The notes under the pieces: generated by a model | Told to the model about the DNA's origin: nothing | What the model saw: only the letters and a program-made list of their open reading frames with translations | Databases searched by the model: none | Shown here: positions 25,731-40,100 of the stretch, one piece after another | Layout: every line of letters begins with the position of its first letter | Position numbering within the stretch: position 1 is the first letter of the stretch | Translations under genes and position numbers: made by a program | Assembly (NCBI GenBank): GCA_977030845.1 | Contig: OZ365109.1 | Span: forward strand, 23,188,001-23,252,000 | Source of the DNA: Fimbriosthenelais zetlandica | Lineage: Eukaryota | DNA: 64,000 nt | Direction of reading: 5' to 3'

Positions 25731-26302
25731 TAGACGGAATTAATTAATTCCGTCAACGAAATTTTAATTCCATCTACAGAATTGAAATTCTGTGGACGGA
25801 ATTAATTAATTCCGTCAACGAAATTTTAATTTTGTCTACAGAATTAAAATTCTGTGGACGGAATTAATTAATTCCGTCAACGAAATTTTAATTTTGTCTA
25901 CAGAATTAAAATTCTGTGGACGGAATTAATTAATTCCGTCAACGAAATTTTAATTCTGTGGACGGAATTAATTAATTCCGTCAACGAAATTTTAATTCCG
26001 TCTACAGAATTAAAATTCTGTGGACGGAATTTTAATTAATTTTAATTCCGTGGACGGAATTTTAATTAATTTTAATTCCGTGGACGGAATTTTAATTAAT
26101 TTTAATTCCGTGGAAGGAATTAATATTCCGTGGACGGAATTTTAATTAATTTTAATTCCGTCCACGGAATATTAATTCCTTCCACGGAATATTAATTAAT
26201 TAAAATTCCGTCCACGGAATATTAATTCCTTCCATGGAATTAAAATTAATTAAAATTCCGTCCACGGAATTAAAATTAATTAAAATTCCGTCCACGGAAT
26301 TT
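25731..26302. repeat. Right-arm array of ~24 palindromic subunits, mirror image of the left array
   Basis: Same subunits and the same 62-bp higher-order unit in reverse-complement orientation. Confidence 0.9.
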
Positions 26303-29300
26303 TAATTGTGGTACAAAATAAAAAATATTTCGTATCGAAATAAATAATTGAAGTACGAAATATAAAAGGTAACACTTGGCGCCCCATACCCAGAAGGCAT
26401 GTTTATGTTACTTTGATGTCTACCATCTATATGGACATCAGGCCATGTTTGTGGTAAGCAGCCTTAAATCAGAAGATCGATTATTTCGCACTGTCACTTC
26501 CTCGTGCTATAGTTCCTATCGCACCAGCAGCGCCACTTTTTTGTATACATATTGACAAATGAGGACTTATTGCACATATGGGATTCAACTTGGCCTGAAC
26601 ACATGCATAGCCAAAGGCAAATAAGAGGGAGCCCATTGATTTCCTTTGTACAGTTTCAATCCCTGTTTTGGCCAGCCGTGCCCAGGAGTAGGATTCCTTT
26701 TCAGAGAATTGCAGAGGGTCATTGACGGGGTCGGGTGTCTAAATGATCAGGTGGATCTCCCTTGAGACGTCAGTTCCAATCATTGGCAGCAGAATTGAAT
26801 TATTTGCCTTAAAGTGATAGGAGGGTGTGAAGCAACGACGTTACCTATAGGGAACGAATAAATAAACATGGAGACATTCAAGCAAGCGGCAAGTAAATGG
26901 CCTTTTTAAATTGCCTTGTATTGTTAAGGCGGCTGGAGATGCCAGTAGTGGTTAAGTTTGTGTTGTCCTAAATGATTGCGAAAGTTTCAGATCCAACTAA
27001 CGAAGGCTAGTGCAAATAACCCTTTTGGTGAAAGCATAAAAATATTGTCTGCTGGAGTGCAGCGTGAGTGTTCAGCATTCGTTGTAACTTATTCCCAATC
27101 GTATTTACCCAAGATACTTATCCACAGATAGCTCGGGAAATAGGGCCTGTCATCACTGTTTTGTGTTACGTTGAGGCAGTGAGAGGGGGGTATAAAAAGT
27201 CACCGTCACATTGACATCAAATGTAAGGTAAAAAGTTAATCAGTAAAATCTCATGCTTCTGATATGCCGAGAGCAGGTTATCTCGGCAATAAATTTTCCT
27301 CGGATATTCATTATGGGCAACACGCGTCATCAATTTCTCGTTTCCTCCTGGGCCAGGCCGTTTCAATGAATCAAAGCATATTCTTAGAATAAATGAAGAG
27401 GAAAGTGGGCGTGAGTTATTCCTGCTTCACAATGACAAACAGTATGAACTGAGTACATTCGCTACAGTCGGTATATTACCCGCGTACAATTATCCAGACT
27501 ATTCCTTATCTGCTTTTAATGGAAAAGGAAATAGAAGAAAATATTTATAGGACCGCATGATCCCCATGTACTCAGAAGGGAGGCTTGCATTCGCTTCCCA
27601 AATACCATATTCATAGCTAAGTTGACCAAATTGATAATAGTAGGACATCAAATCATAAAACTGGCTGGAACCCCTATTCCCCTCCCAGCCACAAATATTG
27701 ATTTACTCCTACAGTAATGGGGTTGGCTCGCCACAAGGAATGACATCTCCGATGATCTAGATTTAATCTTTATGGAGTTAATCTTAACTATATCAGACGC
27801 TGAGTGGCATAGTGATTATGATCTATCCTGGATCCTTCATACAAGGAGTAGTGCTTTCCTCCCACTGAAACTAGATAGCCTGGCTATTTCATAGCAGATA
27901 AGAGCAATAATTCCAATGTTTATTTATAAAGCCTCATTAACTCTGATGCTACGTTGATCCTACTTTCCTCCTGGACTTGTGTGTAATCAGAGAAAACAAA
28001 ACAACAGTGCTAGTTTATGTATACAAAAAAGGTGTTCCATCCAAACAAGACCGGGCATATAAAAAGATTATGTTGGTTTTCCTGTTCTAGCGTGCTCAAT
28101 TCACACAGGAAGTGTGACTGGTTTAGAGGCCCAACTATTGCAGATTTCCCCAGGTAATAGAACCGAAATGAACTCTTAGGATCTGCCCCTGGCATGTCCA
28201 AATTCAGAGGGCATCCCCACTATTGGCTTCAGTCGAGGGGAGCCTCATTTCAATGCACGTGAACCTTCTGAAGGCCATTATAGCATACATTTACTTTCCA
28301 CAGGTCCCTGCAAGCCACTTGCGCTCGCTGGCTTGTAACCATCCCTGGATAACCAATTTTGGTAATGCTGCATCAATTTTCACGGGTCAGGAGCTTACCC
28401 CGCCATGCCCAGCCCTGGCATGGGTTGAAGCTTTTCTCCAACCTGTCACCTCGATTTAAGGAGTATCAAAGACTGTTCACTTGTCCTTGGTCGAAAATAA
28501 AGACTCGGTCCTTCCTACCGTGAAATCAAGTTATTGGACACAATCTAAATATATTAGAGTCATGCTCTGGGTCATTACTCATCTCTGTCCTTGCAAGCAT
28601 GTGAATGTTATATTATCATGGCTAGTTGGAATCTGAGAATCCTTTCTAAAGTAAGAACCAGCCAGTGGCGGTTCAGTCTGCGAAAGTCCCCCAAGGTATA
28701 TATGGAGAACTGGGAAGCCGGGTGGGGGAGGTAGTCGACGCCTAGCCCACTCACACTGGCTTCCCTCCCTGCTCACGATAACGTCAGGCAATGGTTGAAA
28801 CCCACGCAAGTTTCTCTCCAACCTTGCCTGACCAGTCAACATTGCTGGACTATTTTGTCCACTGGATTAATTCTCAATCTAGATTAAGGCGAGCATAAGA
28901 GGATTAGGCATGTTGGATGAAGGGAGGAAGCCAGGGCTTAATGTAAAGAGCTCCTTGGCCCACTAATTAGCTACCACATTGTTCTGCTCGGTCAGAGAAC
29001 TTCATATTTGGGATGCCGTTAGGGCCCTGCTCTGGCGTTGGGAGAGTGCGAAGGTGCGGAAAATCAGTACTTCTACTTCAGTCCCCTAGACAGAGATCTC
29101 CCATTTTGTCGGATCAGGTGCTTTTATTTTCAGCCCTGTCTAACATGAGAGGAAGAGAATTGATGAAAGGGCCATCTGCTCAGAATACAAAATACAGTAT
29201 GGGATGGGATGTATCCATGAGGGATCGTGGCCCATCCAACTAATGGGGCAGAGGTGGCAAGCCTAAAATCCTGGCAAACTACTGCTTAGCGCTTACCAGA

Positions 29301-32300
29301 ATGACTGTACTACAAATACAGAGCCTGCTCCCCTAGCCGCTTGCCAAGTCAATGAGTGCATAGTCACTAATGGGAAAAGTAAGCAGACCATCCCAGTCTG
29401 CAAAACCCTGGCATGCAAAGTTGTGCAAAGCAGCATTGATGTCCAACCCCACCCACTCTGTTATTATGTTCAAAGTCGGTATGGTGCATAGGGCTTATTA
29501 ATTATTATGTTTCCTTTTTGTCACAATAGAATTGTCGAAAAAGGTAAATGAAATGACATCTCATTTGAATGAGTGAAAGGCATCCCTTTTGATACATATC
29601 TGAACAATATAGGTAATTGGGCGATTAGCTCCTTTCAAATTATTCCTTTCCAATGCAATTACTAGAGCATTGTCTGGAAGAGTTGCCTCCTTCCCGGAGA
29701 TCAATATGTATCTATTTATCAAAGCATTGTTATGGGGACACATTCGATATCGTCACACACTTCCCGATAGGCAGGTCAATGCTTCCGTTTTTAGGCACAT
29801 TAGCTGGGAGAAAAGTGTGTAAATCGATTGCTGGGCGACAATTACAAAACATTTACTGTAGGAAATGGGGCTAGTGCTAATAGATGTGTGCAGTTCGACC
29901 GATATCCATAGGCAAACACTAAATCAATGGCGGACATAGTGAGAACATCGTAATGAATAGAAAGAAACTGAAACTGTACACTGATGCTAATTCTTACAGT
30001 TCTGTAGACGATCATGACTGTGTGCATTAATAAATACAATCTCGTAATTTCAAGCATTTGCTTATGATCCCATGCTTGGAATTCAAAGCAAGTGGGTGAC
30101 AAATGACTTGATTTGTAAGGAATGGCAGGGATGAACCGACATTAGTTCACATAATGTCTATTTGAAGGAGGACTGGAAGTGCATTATCCCCCTGAGAGAG
30201 AGTGACAGAGGTCTACGAGTGGGCGACGTGATCTATTCCTTTTTGTTATCCGCTCTGATAGCTGATGCACCTCACATTGATATTGTGGTAGAAGAGGACA
30301 CAAATAACATCAATCACATATCAAATGACAGGTGATATTTTGAGATGCTATCTTGGTTCATTGCCACCCAGTTTAGTCCAGAGACAAAGGCCAGATTTCA
30401 AAGGCCAGGGTTTATTAGTAACTCACGAGCAAAGGCAGAGTGATCGATTTGTAGTAGTGTCCTCTCTTATATAAAAAAAAACTGAGCCAAATCTGTATGG
30501 ATAAATCATTGCAGGAATAGTTTAAGGCTTCTTGGATCTGAAGCGAAACGGATCGTCTGATGCTTGGTCGGTCACATGATATTGGGTACAACTTCCGTCT
30601 GACCTTTCATGCCATTGTCAGGGAGGCTTTTACGACACGGCTTCTTTTTCGACCGCAGCACTCAGAATAAGAAGCAGGCATAAAAATATTGGAGGTTTGA
30701 AGACAAAAGAAACTGAGACACCCTGTCATTGGGCAGGTCCTATATGATGTTATATTCTCAGGGTGATCTATCATTTTTCCATGAGGTGATTTGTAACACT
30801 ATGACAGAATTCGTTACCAGTAAGCTTCTGACTACCTAATGAATAGGCATCCCTGGAAACACAAGATCATCGTCATTACGGACGAAAATATCTCTGTGTT
30901 CTCAGGCAAGAAATTATTTTTCTCACCCACGTCTTTTCATATTTGATAAGTAAAGCAGCTGCCTGGGGACCATGGATGTAAAGGGTTGATTAAATTCTGC
31001 CAAATCACTAACAGGCCCCCAAGGGATGACGTTTCTAAGAACTCAAGAGATTTTGCCACTATTAATTGCTGCTAAGCAAAGTCCCTTTAGGCTTACCGAA
31101 ACTGTGAAGACACATTATTTAAGTCCCAATGCAACTGAAAAAAACTGTGCCTAGTTCGCTTATTAATGATGGAAGGTGTGAGAATATGTCTAATTTGAAG
31201 CTTGAGGTACATGACTAAGTAGTGATGGAAATGGCCGAAGGTTGTTCACCAGTTTATTACAAACCTCTTTGAGCTCTGACCGGCCTCTTGCTCCGAGGCA
31301 TATTCAGATCCATATTCGAAATTTATCCGTGCCATAAAAGAAAACAGGTCATTATCTATGGACGTGGACCGTCTGTGATGTACCTTGTCATGATAGGCAT
31401 GTGGTGAATTATTTACAAACGATCATAAACTGGCCCTCACTCTATCCCACTCTCTGTCTCTTTCCCCTTGCGCTGCTGCTGTCTTGCTAAGATGAGAAGA
31501 GACATGTTCTGGGAGAAAGGTTGATCTATGCGGCCGCAGCCAATGCAGTCTTGCTGCCTTGATCTAGACACATACATCATGGAATGATAAACGTCGTTAC
31601 AGCTAATCCAAAGTGTCCACTATCGAGCCATACGCTGGGGAGTAGCCCGGGCAAGAGAAATCACTCCCCCCAATTCCTACATCTGCCAGCGGCCATATTT
31701 GCTGAATCCAAATTAATCATGGCCAGCCACGTCAGCAAAAGTCCCCAGTCCCACATCATAAAAAACCAGTGGATGGCTTCTGGGTTGTTATTCTCATGAT
31801 ATGCAATTTTCGGAGGAAAATATCCCTCCTAGTAGACTCTAATTATCTGGCCCATATATCTAGCTGCCTCGACTCACCTTTCACCTCTTCCGACGATTGG
31901 GGTACTGTTCTGGGTCGCTCGGAGCGGCCATCATCAACGCTATAAGAGGTGTCTACTTACGGCTGACTGCGAGGGAAGATTTCACGATGACTTCAAGTCA
32001 AGAAACTAATAAATGGCTGCCCGGCAGTGTTACAAACCTCTCAGGTTCGGCCTAAGTAATTAGTCTCGGAGCCCGGGCTATGCAAAGAGGGCTGTTCCAT
32101 CAACACATTTCACGGCCAAGATAATTTCAGGGAAGAAGCGAAGCCAGATGACAAAAAATCCATGCAGGATAGGGAGGGAATTACACACCTTTGATTATTA
32201 GCCAAATAGATATGCGTCATCCGATCGGTACATATTTTATGTACCAAGGGATGTCATTGATAAAGCTCGGCCAGGCCATGTAGAGAGATGGCAGGGAAAG

Positions 32301-34120
32301 CTGGCATGGCTTGTTGGATGTGGCATTATAAGGATGAAGCTTATTTGTGTGTCCTTATATCCATGGATGCTTTCCCAATTACTTCCTGCCCTTCATACCA
32401 TCATCTGACACCGAGACCACATCAGGAAATTAGTAATCTAAACAGAAATAGATATTATGACAATGGCGAAGGAAAAAAAGGAACGAGTGGCAACTCTGAA
32501 ACCATGTAGGCTACACGTGTGGGTTTCTAATTACTAAGAGATCATGCATATCAGTGACTGTAAAGAAAATGATAAATATTAATTTGAATGTCGCTGCTAC
32601 AAACAAGTTGCAACTCTGAAGAAGTACTTAGCGAAGTCATCAAAGTTGGTTGAACTGGGAATTAATTAGAGACTCTAATCAGGACGCCTGTAGGAAAGAT
32701 AATGACGGAGATGATGTATGTCTTCATCAAGGAGGATGTATTTTATGTGTCATATTATATCTCACTCGGTGTGATCAACGATAAAGCCTCGTGGACTAAT
32801 TGAATCTCTAAATCAGGGGACCTATCTCTCTGTATTATATGAAACATGTACCAAGACGACGTAACATTATTAGCTAGCATATCAATGATAATTGCCATTG
32901 TAAACCGATTTCCATCATCACTATGTATACTATACCTGTTTTATTACCAATAATCTAGCGAGTTACCTAAAAAAATTATCTCAAGAGTTACGACTAAGAG
33001 GACTCTTTCCATTAATAAAGTATCCAAGTGGCAACTCGGGGTTTTTAAGTCTTGAGCCATTTCAAAGGTTTCAGTCATGTGGAAAAGGATCCCGCTATGC
33101 CAGGAGGCACCGACGACAGCATGATTAAAGTAACTGAACTAGATAAGCTGGGAACAATAGATTCAGGGCTATTAATAATATATAATTCATAGCTTAAATA
33201 AAACTGTCGAGCAATTAGATTTCCTCAATAGCAACCGGCGTGAAAGGCCTGCTGCTTTTGTGCTGAAAGCCCTAGAGGGGAGAGCCATCGAGTCTAAGTA
33301 GCGCACTTTAATACTGAAATGGATATTTGTAGCCGACAGCTTTCCATTTTCCTTAGAGCTCATGTAGGTCCTCTTTCAATCTTCATTTCGCACTAAAGCG
33401 AAAGGTAAATATGGACAAAACAATAAAATCTAATGTCGAGTTAATGTTTTTATTGGTGCAATGCAAGTGTGACTGGCTTTTTTTGTCATGGGATGGGGAT
33501 TGCTTCCGGGGGGCTATGTATAGCAATGGGTGGGGATGTAAGTGGAGCATATCAGTTTCATGATAACATCGGGCGTGTGTTGAGATGATTACTTAATGGT
33601 CTCATTAGTATTTACAAAACATTACTCAGTGACAGGCAAACGTCACTCCATGCATTTCACCTGCTGTGGGCTGTCACATGCAATAGTCACATTTGAGTCA
33701 GTAAAGGGATATTTAGCTTTATGTGTTGACTCTTTCAGCACTGAGCCCATGATAATTTGGGCCCCTGATGGCCGCATCACAGGATGGGCAGGTAAGCAGA
33801 AAAGTGCTTTATTATGTTTTATGGAGACCGAGGAAAAGTGCATTTGGATGTTAGAGAGTCCAAACCCAGCAGGGGTAAGTGGATGAATGTCATTGTTCCC
33901 AGCCCATTACCCCGCAAAATACACCCCCAGATTAAATCGTCAAATGCTCCTGGAAGGTGGCTAGCTGCAGACGTATGCCCCTGAGGCATAGACTTGTACA
34001 CCCCAGCGAATCTCAATTGGCAAAGATTTGTAGGCGGGATGATAATATGACAATATTCACTCCATTTACATTGCCAGAGGGGACTGCATCATGTGGGTGT
34101 TCTATTCTCATTCAACCAGG

Positions 34121-34122
<2 letters not shown>

Positions 34123-34178
<56 letters not shown>
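34123..34178. repeat. (TC)28 microsatellite
   Basis: Uninterrupted TC dinucleotide run. Confidence 0.97.
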
Positions 34179-34184
<6 letters not shown>

Positions 34185-37100
34185 TCTCCCTCTATCAACA
34201 ACAAGTCACTGCTTAGACATTCCAATCATGAAATGTTAAGGGTGTTAGAGTGTCAGAAAAACACAACCATTAATAAAATGAATCATCCCACCATCATGAT
34301 TGCCCAATGACAAAACAATCAAATTGAGTTATTGAAATGAAACAGACATGGTCATCACTTTGAAACAGGCACTGGTGCACGACAAAAGATCTGCGATTAT
34401 TTTTCACCTCGCTCAATAATACATTAAATTTCTACATCAATCATATCTGTTTTCCGAAAGGCAGAAAGCGTTTGACGTTGAAAACCTGAGCTTGCGCTCC
34501 AGTTCGATTCACCATGAGGAAAATGTCACTAAGCAGAATAAAAACTGCCTTGTATATTGTATTGATGCATGGTTAATGTGTATAAACTCAGGCATCATGT
34601 TGTATGATTGGGTTCCTCAGGCACCTCCCAAGCTGTCATCATTATCTTTATAAGGAGCTGAAAACATAAGACTGGCATCTATAGGTGCTCAGGCATGCAA
34701 GCGGCAATACCGTAGCCATGAAGAATGCCTCAGGCAGTGGAGCCCTAACCACAAGTATCAATCATTTTATTCTAATTAATGGATTGCCTTTTAAGGCTTC
34801 TGGCATCGGTAGGTCATTCCTGAGGGGCTGATCTATACAATGTCATGTTCGTACCAGCAGCATGAGCAATCCCTTTATATTTAGCTTATAGGCATCAATA
34901 ACGTAGGAGGTTCAAGCTATCATCACTCCTCATGTTGATCCAATGGCAAATAAGGTTAAGTGGAAATTGACTAGATGCGATCACTGATCCCTGTGGATAG
35001 TTATTGCCGTCGTCTTCACACATAAACCATCCGACTCCCGTGAGGGTTATTGGCAAACCAAATTCGCAAATCTAAGCAGGGCATGGCTTGCCAAGACAGA
35101 GACGTAAAGACTGGTCCAAAATAATCAACAAATATTTGGGTCAACGGGGAATGGGAAGACACCCATGAGAAGTGCTTTGGGACACAAGGACCGGGTCCTT
35201 CTGACAATAATGCTGAGCTTGGGCTCTATATATATGGGCAGGACACCACTTTACGGGCACGTAGTGGTCAATTGTGGTGGAGACGGATCCATTCTGAGTC
35301 TGATCCCTATCATTTTACAAACATGCCAGCCTCGCCTGCCTCCAAAGAAGACCCGGCGCCGGGATGGATCTGACTGGAAGTTCACCCTCGGAATGAGATG
35401 GGTTGGATTAGTAGGGGAAACCTAAGAGTGTGGGGGCTGGAGGAGCTTGTCCTCCTCCAGTGCAGCGCCCGTGATGAACCTTCCAGTGTGGCGCGTGTTC
35501 TCACCCCCACGAACGTCCCTCGGGACGAGCGGCTTCTGATTTGCAGGCAGTGGTCCGAAAAACCACAGCTATCTCAGCACAAATTGCGTCTGTCTATGTG
35601 ATATCGAGCAGGCAGACTGCTTGGTTTGTCAGCCAGCCTAGGCAAGAATAGCAATATCCACAAACCGATTTCACTGGCTGGCTCGAAAATGGAATGGAGA
35701 AATCGGATGCTGTTGAGGAGAGGGAGGCAATAGAAACCTGGCTAAGTTCTGCCTTCAGCCTAGCAGTTCTGCATCCATGAGCCCTTAGAGTTAGTGTCAT
35801 TTTCCAAGTGCGATCAGTTCAGAAGATGTCTCATGTATACCGTCCCAATGGGTGGTACTGAATCGTCTCAAAGTCATATATGAGGATTTGGGGCTATACT
35901 ATATGATTGCACTTGAAGGGAGCATATAATCAATGCAGAAGCTGAAAAATGCCGAGCTAGTTCACCACAGTAAAGGAACCTGTTTAGAAGTGAGGGATGT
36001 ACTTAGAACCGAGTTTTATGGACGAAGTCATGCCATTTAAAAGTTTCTAAATCCGGGTAAATAACATGAAATAGGATCAGAGAAGCTATTCTAAATGATC
36101 GCCATGGGACAGTGATCTGCGGGTCAGGAGCTTTTATCATAACTGTTTATCTGTAAACTTATCGATGTTGTGGGGGAGAAATAATTACAGCCAGGAGCCC
36201 CTGCGCAGGGATCATTAGTCGGTTGTGTGATAACGTTACTTCATTACTCCAAGTCAGGTCCCAATAATCGCATGTGGACTCGCTAAATCACTGGACCGCT
36301 AATCCGCTCTGGCCACCGGTGGTTATGTTTTGATGGATTCGCCCTGGTCCCTGTTGAATCACGTTCCTTGCACGGGACCATTTCTATGAACTTGATTCGC
36401 CCACATTCATGCCTGTCAGAATCTAGTCACGCCAAAATGTCTGAAGCTGACTAATATTTGACATGAATAGTGCAAATGTTCTGTCATCTTGAGGGGAAAG
36501 AAGTATTCATGGGACTAATGCTAGACATTCTCAGGCAAAGCACTGAATGGTCCAGGGCCCAGTTTCTTTTTTCGATGAGCACTAACTATGAATCAATCAC
36601 TTGGAAATGAGCACTTTTAAACAGAAGCATGTGAAAAGTCTAAATATGCTAGCTTTAGCAGTGAGCATGAACATGAACATCCATGCAGACCTTTCACTAT
36701 TGTCGTCATTATTTATACTAGCAAAACGCTGGTTTCATTGGCCTTTATGGCTTGTGCATGAGCTAGTGCTTAGAACTGGGCTATAGAGGCTTGCAGTCTC
36801 ATATTAACAATGGCAAGGCAGGGATGAATTTAGCATCTGCCTTTGTGCAAATGCCCTGCATCTTGCAATTTCCTTTTGTTCCAAAGACCTGATAAGAGAT
36901 GTAATAGAAGGGACAATCCCGGACTGGGATCAGACATGCAGTCACCAAACGAGTTTCCATTCTGGCAGGGAGATTACATGTTCCCGATCATATGATATGC
37001 TTGTCAGATCCAAGCACTGCCTAGAAGTTGGCTTCCTGTTCCAGAAGTGCTGATTATTACACATCACGGGTCACTCTGATCCTGCAGCGAATCAAGCAGG

Positions 37101-40100
37101 TTATGAATACGATATGGGCTAACACAAAGCCAACTTTCTCATGATATGTACACAGGAGGTCAGAATAGGTCTGACAACTTCCCTCCATTATCGATGCCAG
37201 CTCTCCTCATTTTTAGATATTACGCACGATTTCCCGGGTGCCACTTTTTTCATCGCCCGAGTGAAATGGCACCCAAGCGACCGGATGGAGAATTGAGACT
37301 GATTCAGCCCGACATAAAACGTTTCAAAGTGATATAGATTCTCATTTAGAACCCAAATTAACAATCAACAGCATTCGGGCTGGATGCTCGGCAAATGCCA
37401 TGTCTACTTCACCAGACGAATAAAGCTTGCTCCAGAGCAATAAAAAGGTTTGAAGCATTCTGTGTGGTACTAAATTAACTTCATTTTGGTCTAAAGGAAG
37501 TGTTCAGTTTAAGATGGTGTTTTTGCTTATTAAGCTTATTACTAGCTCTACAAGAATATCAACACAGCAAGAGTCTAGGAAACCAGTTTTAAGTTGTGAT
37601 ATAAATTGCAACATTTCACAAATAGATTATAGCAGAAGAACTAACGATGTATTACCATTTGCCACCGGAAACATTTCATAACAGCTTTCGTTTGTTTTTC
37701 CCGAAGCAATAAATCATTTGATATTTATGGAGGCAATAATTGGTGCTGCTATCTAACAATAGACTAGCCTTTCTCATTGTGGAAGAGGGATAAAACCAGT
37801 GACGTAAATTGTTTTATGGGATCCAGGTGAATTTATGGCCCTTAATCAATCAATGTCTGAAATCGATCAAATAATAATGAGGGCTGAGGGATTAGATGGA
37901 GGCATTAATCCTTTCTAACTCTCCAAAGTGTTTGGATTATATATGTGTCAAGGGAGAAAATCTGATATTCGGGGATGTATCACTCGGTAGTATAGAAGGC
38001 AAGGTGTGAAACTGTCCACCAAAAGTGTCAAGACCTGGGGATGGAAGGCATGACCAAATGGGACATTACTCATAGATAATTACATCAAAAACCTATGTCA
38101 AAGAAATATCAGGCCACAAATCCAATGACATGTAGTAGCAATGTGTGGGCTATGGGGAGCAGTCGTGTCACATTGAGACTGCACCTTAATTTGTTCTGGG
38201 CCACGTTTTGATACCCACACAAAGGTCGGGCATTGGGATCGATGCAGGGACAAAGAGGTGTGGTCTGGAAGGCCAGAGTTCAATCACTTCCCAGGGTGAG
38301 AAGAGGGAGGACCTCCTGGCCACATCGGAGCAGGGGTCTGCTATAGACGCAGGGGTCAGCCTCGCGGCTGTCAGACGTCATTAGGGCAATGTGTGCAATC
38401 CATTAGAAATAAGACAAGGTGCCTACACGAAGGGTAGACCGGTAGCTGGGGCTGCACAAGGCCGAAACCAATGGCACCCCAACAGTACAGGTCAGGGTCT
38501 ACACGGGCAAACACCTTTCCTGACATTGTGACCCATTGACAGGGAATCTATTCCAATGTTGTAAGAGTGACAGATGTGGAAAAAGGGCTGGCAGTGATTT
38601 CTACCCCAATAGGACTATATTTACCACCACCCTTTCCTTGTTCCATGAATAGTCAAGTGAGCGGAAATCTGTTTGAAAAAGCTTAGCATTTGTTACCAAG
38701 TCTGAGAAATCTCAGTTCTACGAAGGCCTTGTATTTTAACAAAGATTCCTCTACGGTATTGATTTTCTGTCGTCTTCATATTCAGCACTAAATGAATTTA
38801 GAAGATCAATTAAAGGCAACTTCTTTATTGTTCAAAGCCTTTTAACTTCACTCATTTAATCGTTGTATGTGTTAGGGAGGTGTCTTTGTGGCGTTGGAGA
38901 TGGCGTGATTTTTCTTCTGGATCAAGCATTTTCTCAGATCATTGTCTTTCATTCTTGCTGCCTTTTCAGAAGGTTGCTTTTGTCAGGGCTCCAGAGGAGA
39001 ATACAGTACTCGTTTTCTCCCTTTCCTCTCTCCCAATTTGAAGGGAGTGACTCAGAATACGTGGATACAAAAAGACCCAGCCACCCGTTGTAGTGGAGAT
39101 TGTCATCTAGGAGAATAAGATGCATGCTTCATCCAACTCCCCAAGTTGTGTACTTTCCATCGAGACGTGCCCCTCGGACCAGAATCCCTGATGGTTTATT
39201 CCAACTCCATGTTTGCTTCGCTTTTCAATCTGGCTTGTGAAGTGCAAGGCGAGATTTCAAGATCGCATTTGTCACGAAAGGCAAGTTCTAGTTTCGTACC
39301 CAAACACCATAGGAGAAAGTATGGAAAAAATGGAATTCCTTGCGTGGTGCCCATATGAAGAGCAGAGTGACAAGGCAGAAAAATTGTTGATTGAAACTCA
39401 AAGTGAGAGCTTTTTCTGATGATAATATCTTGATCGATGGAGACAGGCATATCGTAACGTCATTAATATCCTATGTGGGTTGAATATTTCCGGAGCTCAG
39501 GCCCAAATTAGCACGCCCTGTTATATCTTATGAATGATTCCTCGATTCAATATCCTGTTATAGGGGAGCAGAGGGGGAGGTTTCAACGTCAGATAAAATA
39601 CACAGAAAGCCTGCCCTTTTTCTGCTGTTAACAGAAGCTTTTGGTAAAGAGGATAGAAGAGTGAATCAGTGCTCTCATCAGTGGGAATGTTTGTGAAGAT
39701 GTAGCTGCTACATTATCAGAGTGATGGTGCAACTGCTAATATCAGGGGTTCCTGATGAATGGAGAGACTTCAAGCCCCGACAGGGCCGCTGTTTTAGCTC
39801 CACGCTGACGGCCCAGAATTAGGTAATATGTTCTGGTCGGGAGGACCTGTCTCCTTCGTGTACCGATTAATTTCCTGGAGTTTCTTGCCATCTCCTGTCA
39901 AGGTCTGAGTGAACTGTCAGTCTAGATCCCCTACTGAGATCAACGCCCAATGTTAAAAAAGAGCTAGAGAGGCTCACAAGATGGGAGTCAAGCTGCCCTC
40001 AAGGATGAATTGCGCAGGGACTGTTATCAGAAGAAGTCCAATGGTTCTGTGTCCCTCTATACAATTATGTACTAGAACCCAATAGAATAGGATTTGGCTA

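Larger units (their letters stand above)
24554..26388. mobile_element. Non-autonomous foldback-type DNA transposon, 1835 bp, with long modular TIRs and a 6-bp TSD (CCCAGA)
   Basis: 24554-24639 is the exact reverse complement of 26303-26388 (86 bp, TATGGGGCGCCAAGTG...). The arms span 24554-25192 and 25701-26388 around a 508-bp loop. CCCAGA flanks both ends (24548-24553 and 26389-26394). The ORF track shows no ORF inside the element. Confidence 0.9.

Noticed and set aside
31878-31939. Candidate internal exon with a strong AAG|GTGAGT donor
   Set aside because: It is 62 nt and starts in the wrong phase, so it would frameshift the gene. It could only be a non-coding or poison exon, which I cannot support.
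33957-34310. 117-aa ORF with an SLSLSL run
   Set aside because: Artefact of translating the (TC)28 microsatellite.
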